From a bacterium (lineage in GTDB: Bacteria > SM23-31), in the NCBI GenBank assembly GCA_965249485.1, contig OZ252239.1, forward strand, positions 3,392,001 to 3,456,000: 64,000 nt of DNA, written 5' to 3'. Shown one piece after another: positions 31,322 through 42,107 of this stretch. The translations under genes and the position numbers were made by a program. The notes beneath the pieces were generated by a model. The model had not been told where the DNA came from, searched no databases, and was given only the letters and a program-made list of their open reading frames with translations. Each line of letters begins with the position of its first letter. The first letter of the stretch is position 1.

Positions 31322-31927
31322 TCAGTCTTCAATATCTGTCTCCGGCTGATATTGTACAGATTCGTGATAAAATCCTTCTTGTTTTGCGTAATTCTGCAGA
31401 TATTTGCACATCATTTTCCTTGCCCTTGATAACCGTGACCTTACTGTACCTATCGGGCACGATAAAATATCTGCTATTTCCTTGTAGGAAAATCCTTCAA
31501 TATCTGACAATATGAGGACCATACGAAAATCATAGGGCAATTTTGTAAGTGCTTCATCAACCTCATCGCTCAGATAATCATTGATAACTATGTCATCTGG
31601 CGTATCAACACCTTTAAACTGAGAATCCTTTATCAGATCAACAAACGGTTCGATAGCGTCGTAACCCACCTGATCCGGCTTTTTCGTTTTTCTCCGATAT
31701 TTATTGATAAAGGTATTTTTCAGAATTGTGTAAAGCCATGCTTTACAGCTTGTACCCTGTTTATACTGATCAAAAAATCTATATGCTTTAAAGTATGTTT
31801 CCTGTACCAGATCATTTGCATCCTGCTCATTGTAAGTCAATTTCAGCGCTGAATTGAAAAGTGCATCCATGTAGATCAATGCTTCATTCTGAAATAACTC
31901 ATTTTTTTGCTCATGTGTCTCCCACAT
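31322..31927 (-). CDS. ECF sigma factor (sigma70 family, SigR/RpoE-like)
   Basis: DLVQETYFKAY, KAWLYTI, EGFSYKEIA...GTVRSRLSRAR; GAGGAG RBS before ATG 31927. Confidence 0.92.
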   Translation of the reverse strand: MWETHEQKNELFQNEALIYMDALFNSALKLTYNEQDANDLVQETYFKAYRFFDQYKQGTSCKAWLYTILKNTFINKYRRKTKKPDQVGYDAIEPFVDLIKDSQFKGVDTPDDIVINDYLSDEVDEALTKLPYDFRMVLILSDIEGFSYKEIADILSCPIGTVRSRLSRARKMMCKYLQNYAKQEGFYHESVQYQPETDIED

Positions 31928-31988
31928 ACTCTCCTCCTCGTAGTCTTTCATCACTACATCAATTGTTGAGACATTCAATTATGGCTGT

Positions 31989-32423
31989 TTACACATTGTT
32001 GTTACCGGATAAGAGTCCGGTTAACGTTGTCTTTAAGAGATCTTTCGGTACTGGTCCAACGATATGGTCAATAATTTCTCCGTCACGAAAAAAAAGCAGT
32101 GTCGGCAGTTCATTGATTCCATACGTCTCCACAATTTGGTCGTTATTTTCAACATCAACAGTACCAAACTTAATACAATCCTGAAACTTAGTGCATAATT
32201 CTTCGATCATAGGCATCATGATCTGGCAATTTCCCGAACACTCTGAACCGAATTGCACCATGACAAAATCATTGTGTTTCAGTACTTCATTATGAAAATT
32301 TGAATCGGTAAATTCATGACTCTTATGTGAGTGAATCATATGCGACTTTCTATTTGTCTGTTGCAGAATTAATTCCTCTGCTTTCTGTGTCTGATTCATT
32401 GTGCTGCTCAAAGAAGGTTTCAT
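31989..32423 (-). CDS. Thioredoxin-fold protein with atypical active site
   Basis: TDSNF..EVL, ECSGNC in place of WCGPC, YGI..LPTLLFFRDG. Confidence 0.85.
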   Translation of the reverse strand: MKPSLSSTMNQTQKAEELILQQTNRKSHMIHSHKSHEFTDSNFHNEVLKHNDFVMVQFGSECSGNCQIMMPMIEELCTKFQDCIKFGTVDVENNDQIVETYGINELPTLLFFRDGEIIDHIVGPVPKDLLKTTLTGLLSGNNNV

Positions 32424-32466
32424 AGTGATTTATTCATTCCTGAATTTAATATTACTTTAACTATTA

Positions 32467-32483
32467 TTACAAATCGTGTGCCA
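32467..32483 (-). promoter_or_regulatory. sigma54 (-24/-12) promoter for the thioredoxin/ECF sigma genes
   Basis: Minus strand TGGCAC-ACGAT-TTGT (consensus TGGCAC-N5-TTGC), next to an enhancer-binding protein gene. Confidence 0.75.
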
Positions 32484-32487
32484 CAAT

Positions 32488-32521
32488 AAAAAAAGCCACT
32501 TGGATATCACACCAAGTGACT
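32488..32521 (-). terminator. Intrinsic terminator after the sigma54 activator gene
   Basis: Minus strand AGTCACTTGG-N8-CCAAGTGGCT followed by a T-tract. Confidence 0.65.
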
Positions 32522-32582
32522 GTATTTAAAAAAGTTATATTACTTTAATATTTGATATAGGTTTCGGTTAATCGCTAGTATT

Positions 32583-32621
32583 AACTCCGATTATTCGTAT
32601 ATTATACGACATGTCGGAGTT
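32583..32621. promoter_or_regulatory. Candidate upstream activator sequence (paired CGA-N4-TCG palindromes)
   Basis: aactCCGAttatTCGTatattatACGAcatgTCGGagtt, about 100-140 bp upstream of the sigma54 promoter. Confidence 0.5.
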
Positions 32622-34405
32622 TAAGCTCTTTCTATTTCCAGTTTTTTCATCCTTGATTCCAATGTCGTAGGCTTGAGACCCAATTTTTCTGCAGCACCGT
32701 TTTTCTCGCGTATTCTCCACTTGGTAGACTCCAATATTTCAACAATGTGATCCCGCTCTACTTCATTCAGAGGCATAGCTTTTGAGGATTGCAATGCGAC
32801 TTGTTTTTTCGCGAGCCAGTCTCCCAGAACTAGTTGTGAGCCGCTGCTGATAATTACTGCTCTTTCAATAATGTTTTCCAATTCGCGGACATTCCCGGGC
32901 CAGTCATACAGCTGCAGCGTGTTGATGACTTTTTGGGGTATTAAGGTAATTTGTTTCGCTGATTTGGTGTTAAACTTTTTCACAAAATGGTTGGCCAGTA
33001 CGGCAATATCATCTTTGCGATCACGGAGTGGCGGCACAACAATCGGAAAAACATTCAGTCTATAGAACAGGCCTTCCCTAAAGGTTCTGTTTTCTACCGC
33101 TTGTTCAATATCTCTGTTCGTTGCAGCAATAATCCGCACATCAATTTTCGTTGTCTTCGGATTTCCGATACGCTCAAATTCGCCTTCCTGCAAAACACGA
33201 AGCAGTTTCGACTGAAGCTCAAGCGGAAGATCACCAATTTCATCGAGAAAAATAGTTCCTTTGTCTGCAAGCTCGAACCGACCGATTTTTCGCGAGAGCG
33301 CTCCGGTAAATGCGCCCTTTTCATGACCAAATAATTCACTCTCTATTAAATTTGCGGGAAGTGCTGCACAATTTATCTTGACGAGTGGCCGGTCTCTTCG
33401 CATACTTAAATTATGGACAGCACGAGCAAAAAGTTCTTTTCCAGTTCCTGTTTCGCCAAGAATGAGAACCGTAGCGTCGGTCGAAGCAACCTGCTCGACT
33501 TTTCTAAGCACTTTATTGAGCGTTCCGCTGCGGCTTATAATCTCCTGAAAATTGTGAGCTCCCTTAATCTCTTCCTGCAGATAGATATTTTCCGCTTCCA
33601 GACGGTCTTTCAGGGACTTGACTTCTTCAAGAGCATTGTGCAGATCCCGCTCCGCTTTCTTCCGCTTGGTTATATCTCGTACCATTGCAAGGACTTGTAC
33701 TTTCCCCCGCAGTTTGACAAGCGAAAACGAAATGTCCGCAGGAACAGATTTTTTATCTTTCCGTAAACAGGTGAATTCGTCGGAGATTACCGCTTCTCCG
33801 GAAAGAACCTTTTTTAATACTCTGGCAAGCTGTTTCATCTCATTCGGATGAATAACTTCAATCTGCATACCGCGTATTTCATGCTCCGAATACCCCAAAA
33901 GGTCAAGAGCCACATAATTTGTATCTATAATTTGTTGGGTACCGGGATCAAGAATATAAATTGCATCATTTACAGCATTGAAAATGTCCCGGAATCGTTG
34001 TTCGCTTTCACGTGCTGCCCGTTCAGCTTTCTTCCTCTCTGACACATCCTTTACAAAAGCACAAGCAATGGTCCTGCCCTCAAACTCCATCTTATTTGAG
34101 GTAACTTCAACAGGCAAAAGACCGCCTCTTTTATTCTTGTAGCATGTCTCGACTGTAATCACACCCAAACCTTTAATTGTTGACCACATCACCTCCCAAT
34201 GATTATCACTTCCACTCTCATCTAAGTCTTTAATGTTTAATGAGAGAAACTCATCATACGTATAGCCGAACTTTTTGGTGGCAGTTTTGTTTACATGGAG
34301 AAAATCACCGGCTGAATCTAACCAGAATATCGCATTCATTGCATGGTCTATAGATGCTGTAGATAACCGTGCAATATGATCTTTCTGTATTCGTTTATCG
34401 GTCAT
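32621..34405 (-). CDS. sigma54-dependent activator (two PAS domains, AAA+, HTH; FhlA/HyfR-like)
   Basis: [41 protein letters not shown]. Confidence 0.95.
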   Translation of the reverse strand: MTDKRIQKDHIARLSTASIDHAMNAIFWLDSAGDFLHVNKTATKKFGYTYDEFLSLNIKDLDESGSDNHWEVMWSTIKGLGVITVETCYKNKRGGLLPVEVTSNKMEFEGRTIACAFVKDVSERKKAERAARESEQRFRDIFNAVNDAIYILDPGTQQIIDTNYVALDLLGYSEHEIRGMQIEVIHPNEMKQLARVLKKVLSGEAVISDEFTCLRKDKKSVPADISFSLVKLRGKVQVLAMVRDITKRKKAERDLHNALEEVKSLKDRLEAENIYLQEEIKGAHNFQEIISRSGTLNKVLRKVEQVASTDATVLILGETGTGKELFARAVHNLSMRRDRPLVKINCAALPANLIESELFGHEKGAFTGALSRKIGRFELADKGTIFLDEIGDLPLELQSKLLRVLQEGEFERIGNPKTTKIDVRIIAATNRDIEQAVENRTFREGLFYRLNVFPIVVPPLRDRKDDIAVLANHFVKKFNTKSAKQITLIPQKVINTLQLYDWPGNVRELENIIERAVIISSGSQLVLGDWLAKKQVALQSSKAMPLNEVERDHIVEILESTKWRIREKNGAAEKLGLKPTTLESRMKKLEIERA

Positions 34406-34715
34406 GAGCTATACTGTTAAAATTAGGAGTCATTAACATGCATTGGTATGTTGAGTATAAATTATATAATCATTTACCAAGATGTCAATACATTATTGTT
34501 TATTTCGATTCAACACTGAAATAAATCATATCAATTTGTAGTATTTCTCAATAATTGCCACTAATCTGTCGTAATAATGGTGTGGAAGAGAACCGAGACA
34601 ATTTTGTTTTAAATGTCGGTTAAATCATCTATATTATATAGTTTTTGCATTATACGTACCAGTTTAAAAATAATTTTTGTATTTACCACTAATTAACGAA
34701 TGAAGATGATCAATT

Positions 34716-35561
34716 ATGAAAGTCAGTGATATATATACACAAACGGAACCGGTAATTTCGCTTGAATTTTTCCCGCCGAAGGAGAATATGGAGCTGGTGT
34801 TCGAAACACTCGAAAACCTAATCGAGTTTGGACCGAACTTTATCAGCGTCACATCTAAATCTGATGGAACGAACAAGGATAAAACATTTGAGATTACCAC
34901 CCGAATCAAAAATGAATATGGTATTGAGGCTATCCCCCATCTCACCTGTATTAACACATCGATGAACGAGATCGATGAGAATCTGTCAGAAATCGATGAG
35001 AAAGGTCTTGAGAATATCCTTGCCTTGCGGGGAGACCAACCAGAAGAATTGGTGAATAGCCATTTCAGGCATGCATCGCAGCTCGTGCTGCAGATCAAAC
35101 AGAATATGCCTGATTTTTGCATCGGCGTGGCCGGCTATCCAGAAACACACCCCGAGGCTGAGTCAATCGAGAACGATCTTGACAGGTTAACAGAGAAAAT
35201 CGACAACGGCGCCGATTTTGTTATTACACAGATGTTTTTCGAGAACGGTTTTTTCTTCGATTTTCTAGAGAAATCTGAAAAAATCGGTATTGAAGTTCCG
35301 ATCATTGCGGGTATCATGCCCGTATTTTCATATAAGAATATCAACAAATTTGCGGAAATGTGTGGTGTCCAAATTCCTCGTACGCTTGAGAAAAAAATGA
35401 AGTTGTACATCGATGATCCCGATTCTATTATTCAGCTCGGAATCGATTTCGCACTCGAACAGTGTTCAGAGCTTTTGGACAACAAAATTCCAGGACTCCA
35501 TTTTTACACAATGAACAGATCAACTCAGGTCGGTGAGATTCTGAGACAATTGCGGAAATAA
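34716..35561 (+). CDS. metF: 5,10-methylenetetrahydrofolate reductase
   Basis: SLEFFPPK, PHLTC, ILALRGD, AGYPETHPE, ITQMFF, GLHFYTMN. Confidence 0.95.
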   Translation: MKVSDIYTQTEPVISLEFFPPKENMELVFETLENLIEFGPNFISVTSKSDGTNKDKTFEITTRIKNEYGIEAIPHLTCINTSMNEIDENLSEIDEKGLENILALRGDQPEELVNSHFRHASQLVLQIKQNMPDFCIGVAGYPETHPEAESIENDLDRLTEKIDNGADFVITQMFFENGFFFDFLEKSEKIGIEVPIIAGIMPVFSYKNINKFAEMCGVQIPRTLEKKMKLYIDDPDSIIQLGIDFALEQCSELLDNKIPGLHFYTMNRSTQVGEILRQLRK

Positions 35562-35563
35562 CA

Positions 35564-36325
35564 ATGGCGAATTCCGACAGAATAAAATCGTTCTACGAAA
35601 GTTTTGCAGCTTATCTTGTAAAAGACAGGATTATCGACAATCCACGACATACCAAGATTTTCGGTTTTCTCGATAAAATCTTTGCACAGCATACTATCTC
35701 GTCGGCTCTTGAAATCGGATGCGGTATCGGTATCATTTCAGAGTACATCAAAAAAACGGTTCCCGTTGTCGACAGTCTCGACATCAGCGAAAAAAATATC
35801 CTCTTCGCTCAGAGAACGGTAAAGGATGTCAATTTTCAGGCTGCCGATTTTTTACAGCTGAATCCTGAACGAAAATACGATTTGATCACTCTTTTCGATG
35901 TTCTAGAACATTTTCCCAAACCGCAGCATCCGCTTGTGTTTTCCAGAATAAAACAATGCTCGCATGAAAACACACTCATTGCCATAACCATTCCCGATGC
36001 AAGGTATCTCGATTTTTTCCGCGAACACTATCCTGAACGGCTGCAGGTGGTAGATGAAAGCATCACTTTTGAAGAGATTATGTCGCTCTTCTCCTGTTTC
36101 AATATGGAAATTATAACATATCAGCGTTTCGGAATCGATTTTGAAAACCAGTACCGATTTTATTTGCTGAATTACCGGGAGGAAACATTTACACTCGAAC
36201 AAAAGCGGAATATGCCCAAATCATGGATTCCGGATAAGATAAAAATAAATGTGGATCGGATTCGCGCTCACCTGCGGGCATTAAAATACAAAAAAATTCT
36301 TGAAGACCTTAATATATCGAAGTAG
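35564..36325 (+). CDS. Class I SAM-dependent methyltransferase
   Basis: LEIGCGIG, LDIS, YDLITLFDVLEH. Confidence 0.88.
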   Translation: MANSDRIKSFYESFAAYLVKDRIIDNPRHTKIFGFLDKIFAQHTISSALEIGCGIGIISEYIKKTVPVVDSLDISEKNILFAQRTVKDVNFQAADFLQLNPERKYDLITLFDVLEHFPKPQHPLVFSRIKQCSHENTLIAITIPDARYLDFFREHYPERLQVVDESITFEEIMSLFSCFNMEIITYQRFGIDFENQYRFYLLNYREETFTLEQKRNMPKSWIPDKIKINVDRIRAHLRALKYKKILEDLNISK

Positions 36326-36351
36326 TATCCATTATTTCATCACAACTCAAC

Positions 36352-36386
36352 AAAAAAAGGCAGGCTTCACGTCCGAAACCTGCTTT
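36352..36386 (-). terminator. Intrinsic terminator
   Basis: Minus strand AAAGCAGGTTTC...GAAGCCTGCC followed by TTTTTTT. Confidence 0.75.
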
Positions 36387-36438
36387 AAAAACTCTAAAAT
36401 CAATCTCAATTGCCTCAATTCACTCAACATGCAATCTC

Positions 36439-39204
36439 TTAAAATCTGTGTGTATAATTGATTTTGGAAGACATACCTCGTGATAATGTTTTTGTGTCAA
36501 AATCCCAGATCGACGATCCGTAATTCAACCAGTTCTGTGTATAGACCATAAACAGGTCATTACCCGGTCTGACAGTCCATCGGAGCTTTGCAAACAACCC
36601 GATTATTTCACTCACATCGTCATACTGGATATTGCTTGTGAGCGACGTCCTCGGTGTCGGATGGAGCCCTGTCTGAATCTGATATACATTTGTTTTGAAA
36701 TCGCCCTGTGGAAGTGATACATCATTGATTTCTACTTCCGTTTGCAGACTTAGCCCGGGAAATGGTTTAAAATTCAGTGAACCTCTATATTGAAACCGAT
36801 CACCTGACCAGAATTCACCCCAGCTTACATTGACCATTGCCTGTACTGGACGGTGCCCAGCACTCCAACTCGAAACTTTCCACTCATTATAGTTATATTC
36901 ACCAATCGGGATTATAATACCATCACTGATCTCGAAATCCTCATCAAGAAATTCAAAATTCTGGTTTAATTGAATCTCAAAATTATCTCCGGTATTAAAC
37001 CGTGCTTCAAACAGCGTATATTGTATATTGCTTGTAATAAGTTCGCTATTCATACCCCAGAGATAGCGCCATTGACCAGTGAACTGGAGTTGCCTGACTC
37101 CCGGCAAAAAGTCGGGACGAGGATTGAATCCTAACCGTGGCTCTACTCTGCGGAAACCGTTTCTGCCGACAAATCCGACAGCCGGATCATATTCCTCACC
37201 CAGCTCCCGGTAGGAAACATGTCCCGACCACAGGTCGTTCGGGTAACTGATTCTAAGGCCGCGGGCACTCAGCTCATTAAATGTTGCATTGCCCCCACTT
37301 TCAGGATCGGTATGCCAAACTAAAAATCCTTCAAACTGGAGATTTTTATCTCCAAGAAACTTTGAGGTCGAGAGGTTTAAGTCAGCACCAACCGTATAAC
37401 GGTCATCAGATTCCGGTTCACTGTTGATTGAACCACTTGCCCTCCGAGTATAAATCAGACCAATTGTTGACTGCTCAAAGAGTGAGCGCTTTATCCTGGC
37501 AATAGTAAAATCCTCTGCAGGTGATTCGGCATGAAGATTGTCATCCGTACGCACCTGAATCAATCCAATCTCGTTTCGGCCAATGGTACCGCCGAGCCGT
37601 GCACCGAACACTACCGGTATCTGTTCACCTTCTGTGAGACCGATTCTCCGGCTGAAATAAGGATTCACTCCATTTCTGGACGCGAAACTGAATACGCTCG
37701 AACCTTCAAGGAAAAAATCACGTTTCTCCTGAAAAAAGAGGGGAAACCGTGTTAAATTGACCCGTCTCTGGTCTACTTCAACTTCTGCAAAGTCAGTATT
37801 AATTGAAACAGCACCACGAAGGCTTGGTGTAATATTATAAGAGATATCAAATCCAATGTCCGATGGAACATCAGTCGGATCTTCAGGATTCGGAATAAGC
37901 ACATCATCTTCTATAATATTCGGAACATAGTTTGTGCCAAATGTCCCATACGGCTTTATTTCGAGGCCTATCCCCTGCGAAATACCTGTGAGACCATTTA
38001 GCCTTCCGGCATGAATAGGACGTGTCAACGGCTGATTCCGTTTATGACCGCTCCATCTCATTTCTTCGTTTTTACGCCGTATTGTTCGCTGGAAGTTAAT
38101 ACCCCGGACATCTTTATTGGGATCAAAATTGAGTGTCTGAAAAGGTATTTTTGCTTCGGCAATCCATCCTTTATCATTCTTGGAGGTCCGTACATCCCAG
38201 ATTCCGTCCCACGATTTATTGGTTCCGCCACCGCCGCCACCACCACCGGATCCAATCAGCCCGTCACCCAGCAGACCTGCGGGATTCGTTTCAAAATAAT
38301 ATCCGGTACGACCATCTAAAAAAGTATCGATGATCCACATAAATCTATCGTCCGACCAGAGTCCTTCATCACGTTGTTTCTGAAAACCAAGAATTCCATC
38401 CTGATCACTATCGTAAAGCATTGCCCCGATATAAAGATTCTTTTCGTCATACAAAACATAGACATCGGTGTTTTCAGTCGGCTCGATACCCTCTCTTGGT
38501 TCTGACTGTAGAAATCCGGTAGCAGGTGTTGCTCGCTTCCAGGCATCCTCGTCCAATATACCATCCAGTTTTATTTTACCTGAACTGTGAGCAGCTTGCA
38601 ACATTTTTCCGGAGTATGATGGATCGACAGTAGAAACAGTGTGGCCATTTGTGGGAATATTATTAGCGCCGTAATTATCATGTCCATTACCATAATTGTT
38701 GCCGTTACCATTACCATTACTATATCCGTTTGCTATATAGTTTTCGCTTAGGTTCCAAACAGTATTATCGGTAAACTCCACTTTTTGCGGAACAATAGCA
38801 CCATCAACAGGAACACCTTGTTCCAACAAAGTTTCCTCCCAGATAAAGTTCTTTTTGGTACCCGGCTTAATGGTTGTGGCAAATGTTTTCTCAAACAAGA
38901 CCGGATTTGCGCGGTCTTGAATATAGACCATCAACCAGACATTGAGTTTTGTCAGATTAGTACTGCCTCTATTTTCAACATTAAAATATGCTCTTAAACT
39001 ATTTTCGCCGGTCAATACATTGACCGGATCAGTAATAGAAAACGGGGCATTTTCGTAATGAAATGTCGTTAACGGAATATATGTATTTACAGATGATCCA
39101 TTATCGGTCACCTGAGCGTTAAGATCCTGAATGAAATTCAATGAAAAAAATACATAGACAGAAAGCAAAAAAGTACTTAAAAAAGCAAAAAACCTACGCC
39201 GCAT
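36439..39204 (-). CDS. Outer-membrane protein with CBM9-like (DOMON) and DUF5916 domains, plus an extra N-terminal domain
   Basis: Signal peptide; IKLDGILDE..W, NTDFAEVEVD..VNLTRFPLFF.EKR.FF.EG, YFSRRIG; C-terminal Phe. Confidence 0.82.
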   Translation of the reverse strand: MRRRFFAFLSTFLLSVYVFFSLNFIQDLNAQVTDNGSSVNTYIPLTTFHYENAPFSITDPVNVLTGENSLRAYFNVENRGSTNLTKLNVWLMVYIQDRANPVLFEKTFATTIKPGTKKNFIWEETLLEQGVPVDGAIVPQKVEFTDNTVWNLSENYIANGYSNGNGNGNNYGNGHDNYGANNIPTNGHTVSTVDPSYSGKMLQAAHSSGKIKLDGILDEDAWKRATPATGFLQSEPREGIEPTENTDVYVLYDEKNLYIGAMLYDSDQDGILGFQKQRDEGLWSDDRFMWIIDTFLDGRTGYYFETNPAGLLGDGLIGSGGGGGGGGTNKSWDGIWDVRTSKNDKGWIAEAKIPFQTLNFDPNKDVRGINFQRTIRRKNEEMRWSGHKRNQPLTRPIHAGRLNGLTGISQGIGLEIKPYGTFGTNYVPNIIEDDVLIPNPEDPTDVPSDIGFDISYNITPSLRGAVSINTDFAEVEVDQRRVNLTRFPLFFQEKRDFFLEGSSVFSFASRNGVNPYFSRRIGLTEGEQIPVVFGARLGGTIGRNEIGLIQVRTDDNLHAESPAEDFTIARIKRSLFEQSTIGLIYTRRASGSINSEPESDDRYTVGADLNLSTSKFLGDKNLQFEGFLVWHTDPESGGNATFNELSARGLRISYPNDLWSGHVSYRELGEEYDPAVGFVGRNGFRRVEPRLGFNPRPDFLPGVRQLQFTGQWRYLWGMNSELITSNIQYTLFEARFNTGDNFEIQLNQNFEFLDEDFEISDGIIIPIGEYNYNEWKVSSWSAGHRPVQAMVNVSWGEFWSGDRFQYRGSLNFKPFPGLSLQTEVEINDVSLPQGDFKTNVYQIQTGLHPTPRTSLTSNIQYDDVSEIIGLFAKLRWTVRPGNDLFMVYTQNWLNYGSSIWDFDTKTLSRGMSSKINYTHRF

Positions 39205-39369
39205 GAATTCAAAACCTCATTAAAAAAACACAAACAAAAAAAATACAAGCAATTCTGCATTTAAAAATCAAACGCTATAATTACAATCCAGTTATGAGTT
39301 TCTTCAATATTATTTTTCGTAGATACGTTCCAACACGAAAATGTGCTACACATTACGGTTGAAACCTAC

Positions 39370-39400
39370 AAAAAACCGGTACCTCGCAAGGAGATACCGG
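39370..39400 (-). terminator. Terminator-like hairpin about 165 bp upstream of the DUF5916 gene
   Basis: Minus strand CCGGTATCTC..GAGGTACCGG followed by TTTTTT. Confidence 0.6.
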
Positions 39401-39661
39401 CATTGGAGTTGTTACCAATATAGGTATTTCACAGGCAATATTCAAGTTCTTTGGTGATTTCAAAGAGGTGAGTGAAGTATAGAATACTTTAAATCTTCAT
39501 AATAACCTGTTATTATCGTGAAATTATTTGAAAATTCGAACCATCAATATTCTTCGACAATACTTCGACAATACAAAACAATATATTATAATTTTTTGTT
39601 GCGCAAGTGTATTCTAAAATCTATATTTTGAACTTTACTATATAATTTAGGACAGCATAAT

Positions 39662-40058
39662 ATGAGAGAACAGGATCAACTCGATTCACAGCGGCTCGAC
39701 AAGTGGCTCGCAATCGCCCGCCTCTTTAAAACACGAAAATTGGCAACACAGGCATGTGAAAGTTAATGAAGTGACATCCAAAGCATCTAAAACGATTAAA
39801 ACCGGTGACGAGGTTACTATTCGGCTCCGGGGAAAATACAGGTCATTTCAAATACTTGGAATAATCAAGCGGAACGTCAGTGTACAGCTTGCACGCGAGC
39901 TGTATGAAGAAACAACCTCACTTGATGTAGATCCGGAGCAGCAGGAATTGATTCGACTAACGTTAAAATCGCAGAAGCAGCAAAAACCTAAATATAAAGG
40001 CAGGCCAACTAAAAAGGAACGGCGGAAACTTACACAATGGGATGACTCCACTTCTTGA
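39662..40058 (+). pseudogene. hslR: Hsp15/HslR S4-domain protein, frameshifted by a small deletion
   Basis: Frame 1 reads MREQ..RLDKWLAIARLFKTRKLATQACES*; frame 2 reads VKVNEV..K..K.GD..GRPTKKERR. Confidence 0.8.
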
Positions 40059-40189
40059 TATTGACGATTGAATATTAAGTTTGGATGGAATATTGCCGCC
40101 CGCTTATAAAGATAAAAAAGGATTGCATACGTGCACAATCCTTTGAACAACTAAAAACACCTAACATACTTCTATTATATTATTGTCTT

Positions 40190-40426
40190 TTATATTCTTT
40201 TATGTTCTCCGTCACAAAACGGCTGATTGTTGCTGCTTTTACATCCACACAAAGCATACTGTTTCTTTTCCCCGATCGTGAATTGCATTGGTTTTATATC
40301 GGTCTCTTTATGTGCACCATCACAAAAGGGCTGATTTTTTGATTTTCCGCATCGACACCACCAATATTCCCCAGGTTCCATTTCTAGAATATAGGGGGCT
40401 TTTTGAGCTATTTCTGGTTCTGACAT
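40190..40426 (-). CDS. CDGSH iron-sulfur protein (two CDGSH motifs)
   Basis: WCRCGKSKNQPFCDGAH and LCGCKSSNNQPFCDGEH; GGAGG RBS. Confidence 0.93.
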   Translation of the reverse strand: MSEPEIAQKAPYILEMEPGEYWWCRCGKSKNQPFCDGAHKETDIKPMQFTIGEKKQYALCGCKSSNNQPFCDGEHKRI

Positions 40427-40531
40427 AAAACGCACCTCCTCTTTATTGTTACCGCAGAATTATTTTGTGAGTATGAATTGAATTCATTTATTCAATCAAT
40501 ATCTCTCAATAAACATCAACTATCGCTCAAA

Positions 40532-41185
40532 TCAACCATTTCTTTGTTTATTTTTATATTCAATTAAACCATTCATAAAGATTTCGACCATCAATGTATC
40601 TTCTTTTTTCAAGTGCTTCTCTTTCCCTTTTCTCTGCATTACTAAATGAAAGAAACTTCGGAAAGCATCGGCCAAATGTGCGGGATTTCCAGTTCGCGTG
40701 GATTTAGCCTTCTGGAACTGCACAAGAAATTGCTCGAGTAGTGATGAATGCCCGTAAAGAGGATCGACTCCGAGAACATCTGCATGCTGCAGACAATATT
40801 GCACTGGAAAATCACCAAAGACGTAAATCATTTTCAGGAATTTGTTTTTCTCGATCTGCCAGAATACTTTTAAGAGTGTATTAGCGGCGTCTTGCTTATG
40901 AGTATAATTACCTTCTCCAATAATACGACTCAGTTTATTTCTAATCACTTTTTTTTCATCCATATACAAATTGAGAAAAAGCTCCCTTTTTGTCGAATAT
41001 ATGCGGTTCAACTCATTAGCTGATACACCTGCTTCTTCTGCAATTAGAGTCAGCGTCGTTCGGTTATATCCGTATCTGTGGAATAATGATTCTGCTGCTT
41101 TTTTAAGAGAATGTGCTTTTTTCTTATGAGCAGTTTTCATATGTATATATTGAACATTTTTAATTTCGTTGTTGCCAATGCTCAA
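40532..41185 (-). CDS. TetR/AcrR family regulator
   Basis: AAESLFHRYGYNRTTL..IAEEAGVS...K.ELF; start may be the internal Met of MKTAH. Confidence 0.78.
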   Translation of the reverse strand: MSIGNNEIKNVQYIHMKTAHKKKAHSLKKAAESLFHRYGYNRTTLTLIAEEAGVSANELNRIYSTKRELFLNLYMDEKKVIRNKLSRIIGEGNYTHKQDAANTLLKVFWQIEKNKFLKMIYVFGDFPVQYCLQHADVLGVDPLYGHSSLLEQFLVQFQKAKSTRTGNPAHLADAFRSFFHLVMQRKGKEKHLKKEDTLMVEIFMNGLIEYKNKQRNG

Positions 41186-41204
41186 CAGATGATGTTATAG
41201 CGTA

Positions 41205-41906
41205 TCAATCCAGGTTATATTGGTCCAGAAATCCGCGGAAACTCGTCGCATTTGGAATAATTCCGGGAGTTGATTCGCAATAGTCCAGGTATTCTTTGTT
41301 ATATCGCGGTACAAGGTCGTATTTCTCTTCTAATGCCGCATAAGAAATAAATCCGATGGTCCATAAAGGTGCGGTTAACGCAAGCGAAAGCGACCAATGA
41401 TACAAGGTCAGGCCCAAGAGAAAGGATATTGAAAACAAAATCTGGGGATGTCGGACAAGTTTCTGCAAACCTTGTATCCGTACCGGACCCTCAGTGTTAC
41501 TCAGCGAGCTGCGGGCAATGGAGAGCTCAATTAACGAGAGAAACCACCCTGCCATTGCTGCAATCAATATTGCACTTCCGATAAATGATGCTATGCCGGG
41601 AGGAGTGTAAAAAGAGTTGCTGATTATAGCACGCCACCCATAACCGATACACCACAATGCAGTATACATAATGCCTGTTTTTGCTAATTCTGGAAAATGC
41701 AGTTTAGTATGAAACGGAAAGAGATTTAACAGAGTTAAGCCACAATAGGTTACTAAAATTCCAATAAACAAATTACTTGTCACCGGAGCAGAACATATCA
41801 ACGCTAATATAAATAAATTAAGTAGCCACATGTATAAAAACAATCTATTATTCGGTTTATGGTAAAGGCATATTACTAAATTAATGAAGGAATGTTTTTT
41901 TATCAA
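41205..41906 (-). CDS. Isoprenylcysteine/phospholipid methyltransferase-family membrane protein
   Basis: GL.KLVRHP, EE..L..RY..EY.DY...TP; start uncertain. Confidence 0.72.
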   Translation of the reverse strand: MIKKHSFINLVICLYHKPNNRLFLYMWLLNLFILALICSAPVTSNLFIGILVTYCGLTLLNLFPFHTKLHFPELAKTGIMYTALWCIGYGWRAIISNSFYTPPGIASFIGSAILIAAMAGWFLSLIELSIARSSLSNTEGPVRIQGLQKLVRHPQILFSISFLLGLTLYHWSLSLALTAPLWTIGFISYAALEEKYDLVPRYNKEYLDYCESTPGIIPNATSFRGFLDQYNLD

Positions 41907-42107
41907 ATTATACTACCAAAGAATAGGTAATTTTCGATATATTGTCAATGAAATTTTACCGTTCTTTTTACAATTGTAACGTATGTCATAGCGCTGCGAT
42001 CGGGTCTATTTTGTATATAATCCGTGATATATGTAATAATTTTCACCATACCGTCTGATTAGGTAACATCAACCTCGATTTGTATCGATACTACGGTTAT
42101 AAAATAC

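Noticed and set aside
34420..34715. SAM riboswitch ahead of metF
   Set aside because: No SAM-I/II consensus elements visible in this AT-rich leader.
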